Shown in pieces: positions 36,836 to 49,304 of a DNA stretch of 64,000 bases. The notes under the pieces are model-generated. The model saw only the letters and a list, made by a program, of their open reading frames with translations, was not told the DNA's origin and did not search any database. The position numbers were made by a program, and so were the translations under genes. Position 1 is the stretch's first letter. Each line of letters starts with the position of its first letter. Source of the DNA: Lingula anatina (taxonomy: Eukaryota > Animalia > Brachiopoda); contig CM120642.1 of the NCBI GenBank assembly GCA_051362555.1, positions 18,042,001 through 18,106,000 of the forward strand. The letters are read 5' to 3'.

Positions 36836-39800
36836 ACTATATATTATCAATTTTTTTTTTTTTTGGGGGGGGGGGGGCTGTATGTCAATCCTAAGAATCA
36901 TTCTTGTAACTTAACAAAATACAGAAAATGTTACAAAGTAAGAGTACAGGGCTCCTGTCAGATGGGAGTGATAAGTCACAACTTGAAAATGCTAGTATAG
37001 CACTCTATAAACCTGCATTACTTCCAAAACAGAAAACAATCACACTGGTTTTCAAACACAAGCTGCGCACTTCTGTCTTATGAAACTTTTCACTAAGTTT
37101 CAGTATCGTAAGTAACATGGTTTTCCCTTAATCGCTATCCTGGCAGCAGTGTCCAAAATAGGGTTTTCTTCAACTTTCATGCAATAAAACATAATACTTA
37201 ACAGAATAATGACCATCAAATTTTTTATAAAAAAATAAAAGTATCATGAATATTCAGAAAATGTGATTTGGGAAGGTGTTCAAGGCCATGGAAGTTCAGA
37301 GTCACACTTTCAAAATGCCAAAATGTAAACAAGAGATAACTGTACTGAAATGATTTTCTTTCCATTTTCAACACCTTTTTTAAAACAAAATGATCAATAA
37401 ACTATCATTTTTAAATGTTCAACTGGGAAAATTGGTGACATAGGAAAAATAGCAATAGAACAATTTTCAATGTCCAATTTGCTCCATTTGCAGATGCTGA
37501 ACATAGTGAATGATTAAATCTGACAAACTGCAATGATGAGTTCCTTTCCATTTATGATACTTTATTACACAATGCACAATATTATAACAGGTTTACCGTC
37601 ATTTTTATATAATCAACAAACAATATTGTTAAGAAGCAGAAAATGTCAAAACAACACTTTTACATATCTTATTAGTTCCATAATGAGACTGTTAACATGC
37701 CTAAGAATTAAATCTGAAGAAATAACAATTATATACAAAAATACAGAAAATGCACAGCACTTCTGGTGGATGGGAGTATAAAATCACATCTTGAAGATGC
37801 TTGTGTTTGAAAAATAATTTTAAAAAAATTTTAAATAAAACGTAAAAAATTCCAATAAAGCTGCTATTCAAACTTTTAATCTAGCTGTATTAACTTGATA
37901 TTAATAACCCCACCAAGTTTGAGAAAAATAAAGCACTGTTATTCATCTATAGCATGTTGGCATAGCACATTCTTTTTGTTGTAAATTTATTTGCAATGTT
38001 AAACACCATTTATCTGCACAATTATCACCAAATCCTAATTTTGTGACACAGTTAAGAGAGCTAAACCTATGGGACTTTACAGGGAAATCTCAAGGAGTGT
38101 TTTATGTAATCTCATTTAATGGCCAATTGAAAATTAATGAGTAGCCAAGTGACTTTATAGACCTTAATTTAATTAGTGATCACCCAAGGGACAATTTTAT
38201 AGACTGTCATCCATACAGTACCATTATATAGCACAAAGGTGTTGCATACATGCTGAAAAAAGTGAAAAAACAGCATTACTTCCCTAAAAATGACCCGATG
38301 ATGCTGATTTTCAAACTTGACCTGCGTATTATGAATATTCATCAGTTCTGTAAGTTTGAAACCAAAAGGTAAAATGGTTTTCCACTTATCGTGTTATCGG
38401 TGTTGCATATATGCTGAAAAAAGTGAAAAAACAGCATAACTACCCTAAAAATGACCCGATCATGCTGATTTTCGAACTTGACCTGCGTAATATGAATATT
38501 CATTAGTTCTGCAAGTTTCAAGCCAAAAGGTAAAATGATTTTTCACTTATCATATTATCAGTGTTGCATATATGGTGAAAAAAGTGAAAAACAGCATAAC
38601 TTCCCTAAAAATGACCCGATCATGCTGATTTTCGAACTTGACCTGCGTATTATGAATATTCATCAGTTTTGTAAGTTTCAAGGGAAAAGGTAAAATGGTT
38701 TTCCACTTATCGTGTTATCAGTGCTGCATATATGCTGAAACAAGACAGCACTGTTCTGCAATGGGTTTACTTCCATTTTTAAAACACTTTTTTAACATAA
38801 AACAAAATAAACAGTTTTCTACCATTTGTATATGATCAACTAAGAAAATTGATGAGATGGGAAAAATTTCAATAGAACAGTGTTAAATGTCCAATTTCCT
38901 CCATTCTGAGATAATGAATATAGTAGATGATTGAATCTGACAAACTGCAATGATATTTGTTTATTTCCATTTTTGACACTTTATAACATAATACACAATA
39001 ACAAGTTTACCATCATTTTTACATAATCAATTAACAATGTTATTAAGATGCAGGAAATGTCAAACAAACACTTTTACGTATCTTATTAGTTCAATTATGA
39101 GACTGTTAATATGCCTAACAATTGAATCTGAGGAAATGTGAAAAAACAGCATAACTTCTAAAAGAATGGCCCGATTATGCTGATTTTGGAACTCAACCTG
39201 CGTTTTAGTTAGTTTGACTACTCCTGTGAGTATAATGACAATTGGCCTATCTGTTTTTCTTATATTGTGTTATTAGCGTTGCATATGTGTTGAAAGAAGT
39301 GAAAAAACAGCATAACATCCCTAAAAATGGCCCAATCATGCTGATTTTCAAACTTGACCTGCATATTTTGAATATTCATCAGTTTTGTAAGTTTCAAGCC
39401 AAAAGGTAAAATGGTTTTCCATTTATGGTGTTATCAGTGCTGCATATATGCTGAAAAAAGAGAAAAAATAGCCTAAATTCACTAAAAATGACCCAATCAC
39501 GCTGATTTTCGAACTTGACCTGCGTATTATGAATATTCATCAGTTCTGTAAGTTTCAAGCCAAAAGGTAAAATGGTTTTCAACTTATCGTGTTATCGGCG
39601 CTGCATATATGCTGAAAAAAGTGAAAAAACAGCATAAATTCCCTATAAGTGACCCGATCATGCTGATTTTCGAACTTGACCTGCGTATTATGAATATTCA
39701 TCAGTTCTGTAAGTTTCAAGCCAAAAAGTAAAATGATTTTCCACTTATCGTGTTATCGGGGCTGCATATATGCTGAAAAAAGTGAAAAAAAAGCATAAAT

Positions 39801-42759
39801 TCCCTATAAGTGACCCGATCATGCTGATTTTCGAACTTGACCTGCGTATTACGAATATTCATCAGTTCTGTAAGTTTCAAGCCAAAAGAAAAAACAGTTT
39901 TCCACTTATCGTGTTATCGGTAAAAGTGCACGGCGACGATGGCGACGGCGACGGCGACGACAGACGCAGATGATGGCTATATGTACAGACACATCTGTGT
40001 CTGTACATAAAAAGAAAACAGAAGTGGTGCATGTAAAAATTCTAGACATTTTTCTTTCTGTTGGTTCACCTTTCATAAAATCATAGCTTCATATTTTTCA
40101 GCAGAGAGCACTGAAGACAAAGTTATTCTTACATATAAAAATAACTTATAAATAATTGACATTTTTACATATAATAAACTACAAAAAAAAGAAAAAAATC
40201 CATGCCCATACAGTATGCTGCTAGCCAAATCAACTGCTCATGCACTTACTGATTCATTTTCCCCTTGTTGTTTTGCCATAGCAGTTCCTTTGCATTGTCT
40301 TGTTCTGTGTAGTACCACATGTCTTTGGAGAGAGGGGGGCGCCTGTATGGTTGAATTGTCTCATCACAAATCATTAGTACCTGTAAATCAAAACAGAAAA
40401 GCTGTCAAATGCATATCACTGCTGAGGTAGCGCCAGCAAATTTTTTAGCTTAGCCAAATCACTACTTTTTCATCACCTTTTCCACCATATATGCTTTGAA
40501 TGTTGACTAAAACAATATAACCAACCCTATTTTGTTTAGCTAATCTATGTCAGTTTTAGCATTTGGCTAAAATGGCGAGTGTTAGCACTACCCCACATAT
40601 GTGGATATGCATGTGCAATTGGATGTGTACAGAATGCCAGTGCATGTGAAGGTGAGTGGGCACATTCATATAAAGTACATATTTGTGCAAGTACAACTGT
40701 AATCAAGTAAATCACAATTTGTCATAATTCCCATTGTTTATAAAAGATAACTCATTTGAAGAACCTTAATACAACTAACCTAGTAACCATAAAACAGAAA
40801 CTCATGCAGTTGTTCATTTTTTCTACCATTTTTGACTGACAAATTTAAAATAAAAAAAAATTAACTTTAGCTCTACCTCAGCTTTGGGGTCATTTTTAGT
40901 GATGGTATTAGCTGCTGACATGGATGCCAAACCTCCCCCAATCAGCAAGTGTTGAACTTTCTTCGGGATGCTCGCCGAAGGTGTAACAGGTACAGCTGTG
41001 AGAATAATTAAAGAATAAGATCAACATCAATTTTTAAATGTAATTATGTAGCAATATTGAATCAAAACCCCCTTTACACTGGAAGGCGTCCTTTCTGCGT
41101 CCTTTGTGCCACCATGAAACTGGCATCGCTGTGGTCGTAGAAAGGAGACACAGGCATCGCTTTGGTTGCAGAATGAATCAGCCAGTTATCAGCACGTTTT
41201 TTACTCTCAAACAGGGCCATACAACAGACAAAGAAAGGATGCCGTCCAGTGTAAAGGGGGCTGGGCATGGACATGACTGGGCATGAATACAAAATCATTA
41301 TGTAATAACGTACATCTACAATTTTAACAATCAAATCCCCACTTTTCAGCCACGCTATAAAATGTAAGTTTTGATCAAATATCTGTATGTCTGATAAAGA
41401 TCAAACTTTTTAAAGTGCCATTTAAATAGTCCCCCAATTCCTAATAATCAAAATTTCACTCTTAATTGATCCAAAAACACACAAAAAATGAAATTATCAT
41501 GGCTGAAGTCTAACTGAAAGAATTTTGCAATTCTGAACCATAATATGTAATGGTTATTCAGCATGCAGTGATCATACTGAGAAAAAAGACAAGTATCTTA
41601 CGTGTTCTTTTATATTCTGTTTTATCTTCTGGCAGTATTAGAAGAGATGACACAGATTTCCCACTCTTCCATCTGTATACCTACAACAATTACACAATTG
41701 AGCAAAAATGTTCATCAGCTTGGTAGTTGGATCTTCAACACAAGGTGAAAAATGTTCATATCGTTAGTTTACGGCCAACCTGACATTTATCAGAGGGTCC
41801 TGTCTGCTATACAACCTGGCAGTCAGTGAGTGTCAACACCATCTGCTCACATCAGTCTGATGAAGGCCTGCATCCAGGTTGACCCTAAGCTAACGATATG
41901 AAAGTTTATTTGGCTTGTGTTTGATTATTTTCATTGTTTGGTCTACAGGGTTTACAGAATTGAGGTGATTTCGGTCTGTTAGGCAAATACGAATGCCCTT
42001 CTCTCCATTTTGAGGAACTGTGTAAGAAAGTATGTTGATATTCCCAAAAGTATCATGTACATGTACATTAACAGCAGGTAAAGAATTGTTCCCAGCTGAT
42101 TATTTCCATATATGTACTTGTAGTTAAAATTTTTTATTATGTTATATTTTAAAGACACACATCCTCTAAGGGCTCATTTCCCTTGAGACTATCAGTCAAT
42201 AGAGATCAAATAAACTCCAGGGGGACTCTTGCTGAATGCAATCAGTTCAACAGATTAACATGCCAGCTCTTGTTTCCAATGTACTTTTTAAAGTACTTAA
42301 ACTTTTAAAAGTATTTAAAGTTATTATTAAAATAATAACAAGCCTTTCCATATTCTACTTAATGCCAGAAGGAGGCGTTTATCTGTTAAACTGATTGCAT
42401 TCAGCGAGAATCCCCACATGTAGGATCGATCTACATAGACCGATAGTGTCAATAGGAATGAGTCCCATGCATGTTCAGGATTACCTGATAACCATACCAT
42501 ACACCAAAGCATGCAAACACTGCTCCTACAAACTTTCCAGCATTTGTCATAAATTCTCGTCCTTTACTCCCTTCTTGTGTAAAAAACTCTTTTATACCAA
42601 ATCCCTCGGTAACTGATTCGCCCATTTGCCAAGGGGGTTTAGACCCTGAGGTGTCTTTGTCACTGGACTGCCATCTCTTACAGTGGACAGTGGGACTGGA
42701 CGGGGCCCTGGTCAGTTCATGGCAGGACATTGTCCTGTTGATGTATGGCCTGGCTATAC
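26852..42759 (-). CDS. AIFM1: Divergent AIFM1-like mitochondrial flavoprotein; exons 42759-42485, 41680-41602, 40995-40877, 40380-40250, 36098-36020, 32687-32603, 32209-32133, 31779-31671, 31359-31315, 30821-30759, 30169-30075, 29630-29490, 28739-28597, 28042-27949, 27695-27567, 27007-26852; first in-frame ATG 42730, true 5' end unresolved
   Basis: [83 protein letters not shown]-terminal presequence-like region (KRWQSS) and TM segment [15 protein letters not shown]. All splice phases are consistent. Confidence 0.9.
30225..30467 (+). mobile_element. Decayed 3' end of a non-LTR retrotransposon (RTE-like) with a (GAA)n tail
   Basis: Translates [35 protein letters not shown], resembling the GH.MR..EG..G.R..GR C-terminal LINE motif; ends in aagaagaagaagaag. 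Confidence 0.7.
33755..35567. mobile_element. Helentron-like elements carrying about 122-bp tandem repeats (two termini, at about 34705 and 35565)
   Basis: Units with ggcccgatcatgctgattttcgaacttgacctg end in (gacggc)n and the hairpin tgtacagacaca-tc-tgtgtctgtaca followed by an A-run. Confidence 0.75.
36120..36298. mobile_element. Palindromic MITE
   Basis: ggccgtattcagaacagtggact..ggtcaaatatggc is mirrored by gccatatttgacc..agtccactgttctgaatgcggcc. Confidence 0.75.
38235..40012. mobile_element. Second Helentron-like array of the same 122-bp satellite family
   Basis: Same repeat unit; identical terminal hairpin at 39982-40007. Confidence 0.75.
41068..41260. mobile_element. MITE with about 30-bp TIRs
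   Basis: ccccctttacactggaaggcgtcctttct / agaaaggatgccgtccagtgtaaaggggg. Confidence 0.75.
41750..41960. repeat. Inverted-repeat element with decayed CTGATGA..GCCG(A)AAGC motifs (Penelope-pLTR-like); homologous copy at about 16935-17060
   Basis: Arms ttcatatcgttagtttacggccaacctg / caggttgaccctaagctaacgatatgaa; the reverse complement aligns with 16975-17050. Confidence 0.5.
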
Positions 42760-43699
42760 CTGTAATTGAAAACGAAAGGTTATGAGGGACATTATTTTAA
42801 AACACCTGTTATGTCACCTGTTATGTTAAACATTTAATGCAAAACGCATCTTAGTGTTTAGATTCAACCTACACAGCAACCCACTGTGTGCATGTATATA
42901 ATTTTTTAAATATATATTTTTAAAACAATTTCCAATGCATACTGTACTTATACATGTAGTATCTTTGACAGTAAAAAAAGTGTAACACAGGAGGGTTTTC
43001 TAATGTGCATACCAGCCAGAATACTTTTTACACCACTGCATTCATCAACAATAGTACAACTTCAATACAACCTAACTGATGTCTCTCAAATTTGCAATAA
43101 AATTCTCATGCACTATCAGTACACTGGCAGATTAAAAGTGTGGAAAAGTAAAAAAAATATAGTAATTTAAGTAGACATTGAATGCTGATATACATATCAA
43201 TTACAGTGTCACAGACTGGCTGTACTGTATCTAAATATAGGAATAATGTCATTTTATTATTTTTTCATTCTAGGTATATCATATATGTAAACGGCTGACG
43301 AAACAAGAAATAATGTGAGAGGTTGCACACTTTAAACGGACTTTTAAAAAATCAACACACCACAAAAACTACGAGGACGGTTGTACAATGCTGTCAACCC
43401 CTGGTTGACCAGTTTCAACTTAGTTGACACGGTGAAATACATCGTCTGTCTTAGTTGTACGGTCGACCTTCAGTAATCCGAAGCACCGCAACCTTTACAC
43501 GTTTTTTTAACTCCACTGCGATTCGGTCCTTCAACATTGAAGAACCATACTAATTACTTGTGATAGGTACTTGATGTCGCTCAACATCAACTAAAAAGCT
43601 AATTTTCGTGCAGTACTTGTGAAAGTCAACACAAATCATCCATTTCAGAATGTATAATAGTAGCCTTATTGTTTCATATTTGAGCAATTGGAATCATGC

Positions 43700-43990
43700 T
43701 ATTGATATTTATGTCTGAAATTCATATCGATACCCAATGACTGTAGAACGACAATCGTGACGCGCCATTTTTGTTTTGAGCAACCGAATGTAACCGTTGC
43801 CTTACAGAGTGCGCTGTACAGTTTACATGACGCTGGCTTCACAACAACATCGCTGATTGCCAAAGTGGAATTACAAAAGCATTTCAGGTCAGTGGTGCCA
43901 TGTATTTAAGTTTTTTTTCGTGGATTTATTGTTCATTAAAAATGTGTTTAAAAAAATTCAAAAGCCGGTAACGAAAGTCGGTGAACATTG
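43700..43990. promoter_or_regulatory. Likely bidirectional promoter between the AIFM1-like (-) and INF2-like (+) genes
   Basis: Local CpG enrichment, a YY1-like AAAATGGCG on the minus strand (about 43763-43771), an ATTG(C)/CCAA-like motif, plus-strand donor-like sites at about 43888 and 43968, and divergent gene orientation. Confidence 0.5.
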
Positions 43991-44886
43991 TTTTTTTGTT
44001 TATCTTAGTTTGCGGTTAGTGTAGATCTAACAGTGTGGTATTTCTGCACAGTGTTCTGTTAATGCACAGTGATCTATATCTGAGTTAAATCTTAAGTGGA
44101 GTCGATTTTGGCTTGCTGTTTTGCTTCCAGAATTTAAATCACAATTTGCATTTTAAAATTTCATTTTCAAAATGCATGTGCAGTCAACTGACTCGTTTTT
44201 TCTTAAACCTGTCTGATAAGTTTGTATCTACCTTGAGTGATTTTATTAAATGTCATGCCATTTTTTATTTAAAATATGGGTTTCAAAATACTTGAATCAA
44301 AAGTGAATCCAGTCTACAAATTCTTTTAAAATTAATTTATATAATGAATATATGGGTCCCAGATAAAGAAACTTGCAAATAAAAAGATGTACATTACATG
44401 ACACTCATTTAACAACAACAGAAAACAGTGTTCTAAAAATTACAGTCATTTTCCTTAAGTTACATTTACAATTTTGCTTTTTTTTTTACCGTTATGATAG
44501 TGGAAATGTATATTTGTCACAAAATCAATAATAATTGGGAAAAATACACATCTGGTTTTTTCTACCAAAAAGCCAAAAACAGACATCTTAGGAGTTATTA
44601 ATATAAAAATGAACTATTAGCTTTTAATCCCATATGTTTGTTCTATTCAGAAGCTATATCTCCCCTGGCCCTATTTGCACCATTAGTGGGGCAGCGGTGC
44701 AGATGACAAATGTGACAGTTGAACAAAGGCTTCACTTTTTGTTTGGTGACTGATGACTAATCTGGGTGAAATTGACAGTTTAACTTTGCCGCCTTAATTT
44801 AAATGTTTATTGCAATGTATAGATAAGGTTGTAAGTGTCCAGGTGGTTTGCTGATTTTTTTGACAGTCAGTTTATGTACTTTTTCT

Positions 44887-44933
<47 letters not shown>

Positions 44934-45419
44934 CCCTCCCCCCAATAATGGTTTTTCTCAAGTTAAGAGAGATGTTTGGGCTTAAGTTATTTTGTGAGAG
45001 ATAAGACAGCAAGGATTTCCCCAGAGAGATGGACAGCCATAGACCTCAACAGATGGACTTTATTTCCTAATATGGCTGGATAGCTTGTAAAATTTTTGGG
45101 TTGGTTGGTTGGGCTTGCTTGAGTTGGACTCCTAAATCGATGACTAAATTACAGATTCACATTTCCGACTCCTGTGCCCCAAACCCTGGGGAAACCCCTG
45201 TTAGACAGCAATCATTTAGAAGTTATTTTGTTGTAGATTAGAGTCCCTTTTCCTTTATTTTTATGAGTTTACAGTACTTGATTTAGGAACTACATGTGTA
45301 TCACAGTATGAGAAAGGATGTTTTATTTACATTAAAAACACTTTTTAAAATTAAACACTGGATATACTATAAATTTACTTATTGCCGTTTTTTTCAGAAA
45401 ATCATGTAACTAAGGCACA

Positions 45420-47765
45420 ATGCCAGGAGACAAAACAATAGGTACTATGCAGCCAGTAAAGCAGCATGAAGATGGGAATATTAAGCCCCTTTCAGCTGCC
45501 AGGCAAACATTGGACCCCTCCATAGAAATGTATCAGAATCTTAGGCTGAAAATTGAGCAGTCTGATCCCATGTGGCTTCAAGAGTTCCTTGAACTGGGTG
45601 GCTTGGACAGTTTACTTGAAGCCCTTCAGGTAATACCCAGAACATACAGCTTTCTCTCTTCACTTGTTTATTTGTTGGGTTGATTCTGCATTTTCTAACA
45701 TTTTTTTTAAAGAAACTGACATTTTACTACATACAAGAATGAGAATCACTTTATATTAATTTTATGCATTTGGAATTCTTTTGCCAGAAACTAGTCTTTA
45801 CAATATCGCAGAATATCAATTTTGACCATTGCCAATGATTGCCTATGGAAAACACTATCCTTTGGATGAAATTTCTTTCCTCTGAACAGTTATCCTGAGG
45901 GTAGCAGACAGTTTTAACCACGGGAAAGCCATGTCAGAGACTAATTAGTATCCACTCCAGTGTTAAGTAAACATTACTTTACCCACAGGATAATTGCTCA
46001 GAGGATAACAACTTTATCTCAATTAATTTTATTAAATTAATAATTTAATTTTATAGTGTTATCCAGAGGATAGCACTATCCAGTGTTGATGAATTTGGGC
46101 CCATGTCAGCCTTAGATGTGCCTTATCTGTGATGATTGTATTTCAGGTGCTGAGTTGTAAGGACTCCCCAAGTCTCATAGACAGTGTGTTAGAGCTGGAC
46201 TGTATGTGCTGTGTAAGAGAACTACTGAACACTCAGCCCGGACTGCAGTATATCTCTGGCAGAGAAGAACTAGTCAAGAAATTGTCAAATAGTAAGAGAC
46301 AGTGTTTCACTTGAAAGGAACTCACGATTTCTGAAGAGGCTGCCGTAAACGTGATTTTTTTCTACCTGTGAGGCATGACATTTTCACTCTTTTTCTTCAC
46401 AGGGCATTGATCACATGGCTGGCTTGTCAAAGTGAGCTCCATCTGTTTTGGGAAGGGTTTTAATGTCTTGTCTGATTGGCAAAATATTTTGTGTAGTCTT
46501 ATTAGAAACAATATCCATTGCATTTAAAACTGTGAGGAAATTCATCGTTTAGTAACAGTTGTTGATTTTTTCCTCAAGTAAACCAAAATATTAATATTTA
46601 CAAAGCCTTTTTTTGTTCATTCAGGAAAAATGTCTGCTTTCTTTTGAAATCTATTAAGTTTTTTCTCATTCTCTTTATAGTCAGTCTGGGTTTTAACTGC
46701 TGTAGTCTTTTTTTAACAGGTTTGGGAAGCAGTGACATCCTTGTGAGAAAACAGGTGTTTGAAATTCTGGCCGTGACATGTGTCCACTCTCAGAATGGAC
46801 ACAGGGCAGTCCTTGCTGGCCTGGAGTACTTCAAGGTTTGTCTGGTAGAAAAGAATGTATTTTATTATGTTTAAAGGCCAGGATGTAATGATTCAAAGAA
46901 TTCCCAATTTCATTTTTTTTTTTACATAATTGTGTGACAATTTGTATTCATGCAATGAAAATTATCTTTATCTTTTCAATTGGAACCCTAGTTATCATCT
47001 GGCAGACATAATTGTGTGGTCATGGTTAACGCATTTTGTTTCAGTTTCTTGTTCAAAACAGCTTTGAAGAAAGCATCTTTTTTTTTTAAATAAGCACGCT
47101 TCAAGTATTATATTCAGTTTGATAGATATGGACTAAATCCAAGTTGGTTGAAGAAAATTGATACACTATTTCCAGTATGGATAGATAAATTATATAAATG
47201 AATTTGTCACGTTTTCATGCGTGTATCAGACGATGGCCCATCAAGCTGACAGACTGAGTATCATCATGACAGAGTTAAAACTGTCAGAAACGGGGCCGTA
47301 CCGCACAGCAATTGTTGCCTTTATCAACTGCTTGCTGAGCTGCACAAATGATTTGATAGAAAGGTGCAGGTTAAGGAATGAAATGGCAGGTAAGGGAATA
47401 GAACTTTAACTTAGTTGATGATTTATCCATTCAATTGTTATAATTATAATTTTTATATTTTTGGAATTGAGGCCAGGTATTTTTTTGTTTGACGTCTATC
47501 TTCTCAATGTTAAATGTGTTTAATCTGTAATAATGTTTAACAGGATGATTGGCTATTTATAAGTGCTTGTATTTACATGTAGTTTTTTGTTAAAATAAAT
47601 ACTTCTTTTTTTTCAGGTTTACAGCTGTTGGATGTTTTGTTTTTCTTGAAGAAAGAAGAATTAGATGAAGACTTGTGTATTCAAATTGATGTATGTAAAG
47701 CACTTAGCAGAGACATGTGACACCATAAATTTTACATATTGCCTTAACCAAAATTCCACAAAACC

Positions 47766-47860
<95 letters not shown>

Positions 47861-49220
47861 GATGCATAAAGGGCACATTAAAAAAAAAAACAAAACAAAA
47901 CAAAAAAAAAACAGGAGATGAGTATAAGAGTTGTCACTATATTTGCCAAGCAAGTAATGTGATGACATCCTGCTCTTTGACATGAAGATGCAAGTAATAC
48001 TGGGGATATTTTCACTTTTTACAGGATTTTGAAAAAATAAAACATTCCCAGAAGTAGAAGTTGTTTACCTGCTTATAAATATTTATTTTCAGGCATTCTA
48101 CAGACAGAAGCACAAAGACGAACTGGAACTTCAGAAGACCAACCATCTCTGCTCTAACTTGGGAAATGTTCGACATGTTTTTGACTGCCTTGCAAATAAG
48201 GTATATATACAATTTTGACTGGTTTGCTGTTTACACTTGATCTCATTTTGGTTGGATTTTGTTTTCTAAAATAAACCTTCATATGCATTTTAATTGATGT
48301 TGAATTGAATGTATAAAATGGAAAAAGTATGAATATACTAGTAAGTCATATCACAATAAAATGGTTAGTCACTTTTTTGTATGCATTACAGTTGATCAAA
48401 ATATCAAATGTTTTCATCTTACAGGTGCATGGAAAGCAGGAAGGAATCCATCTTCTACATGTGTTGCAAGATCTGCTCTTTCTGTCTTCTCAAAAGTCTG
48501 ACAGGTGAGAGAATCCTTCAATATTGCCCATTATTGATATCTCTCCTAGCTTTCATCAGTTGATGATATGTAGATCAACTGGGAGATAAAGTGAATTGAT
48601 GTCTTTATTTAATAGCAATGCATTCCTGACAGTGTGTGAATACAATTCCACCTCTTTTCGCTTTATTATTTTTTTTATTGTAAATTTTGTATTTGTTTTT
48701 TTTTTTTTTCTGAATGTTTGATTGTCAGTTTGAAAGCTCGTTTACAAACGTGAAGAACCAATTGTATTGTTTTCAGTGAAAGACTTATTTCGTTTTCTAT
48801 TTTTTTTTAAGCAACGCTCAGCTGAGATGGCAGACAATGGCACAAACTGTTCACAGACTAACATTCTGTAACAAGAATGAGCTGCACGAGGCTGTTGACC
48901 ATATCTCATCAAAAGAACTCTCAGAATCTCACACGGCTCTCTTCATCAATAACAATACACCTTGCACTATAAAAGTGGTCCAGAACCAAGAGGCGGAAAA
49001 AGAAAATTTTCTGCACAGTCAAGGTCAGATAAAAGGTCAAGGACAATCAGTGGATGCCATTCAGACAGAAGAAAAAGAGGCTCCAAAGAAGCAGCTGGGG
49101 TGTATGGTGCCAGATGAGGGCACTGTAAAGAGTGGTGACTTTATTAGGGAGACACCGACTGTGCTTATGAAGACTCTTAACTGGGTCCAAGTACCTGAAG
49201 ACAATTTGTGTGAGTTAAAT

Positions 49221-49252
<32 letters not shown>

Positions 49253-49257
49253 ACACA

Positions 49258-49304
<47 letters not shown>

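Noticed and set aside
35120-39973. Repeated short ORFs (MLKKVKK.., MKTILPFG..)
   Set aside because: These are translations of satellite units.
43734-43768. AIF-like first coding exon MARHDCRSTVIG
   Set aside because: The only nearby donor is weak and in phase 2, whereas the next exon needs phase 1, and read-through hits a stop; left unresolved.
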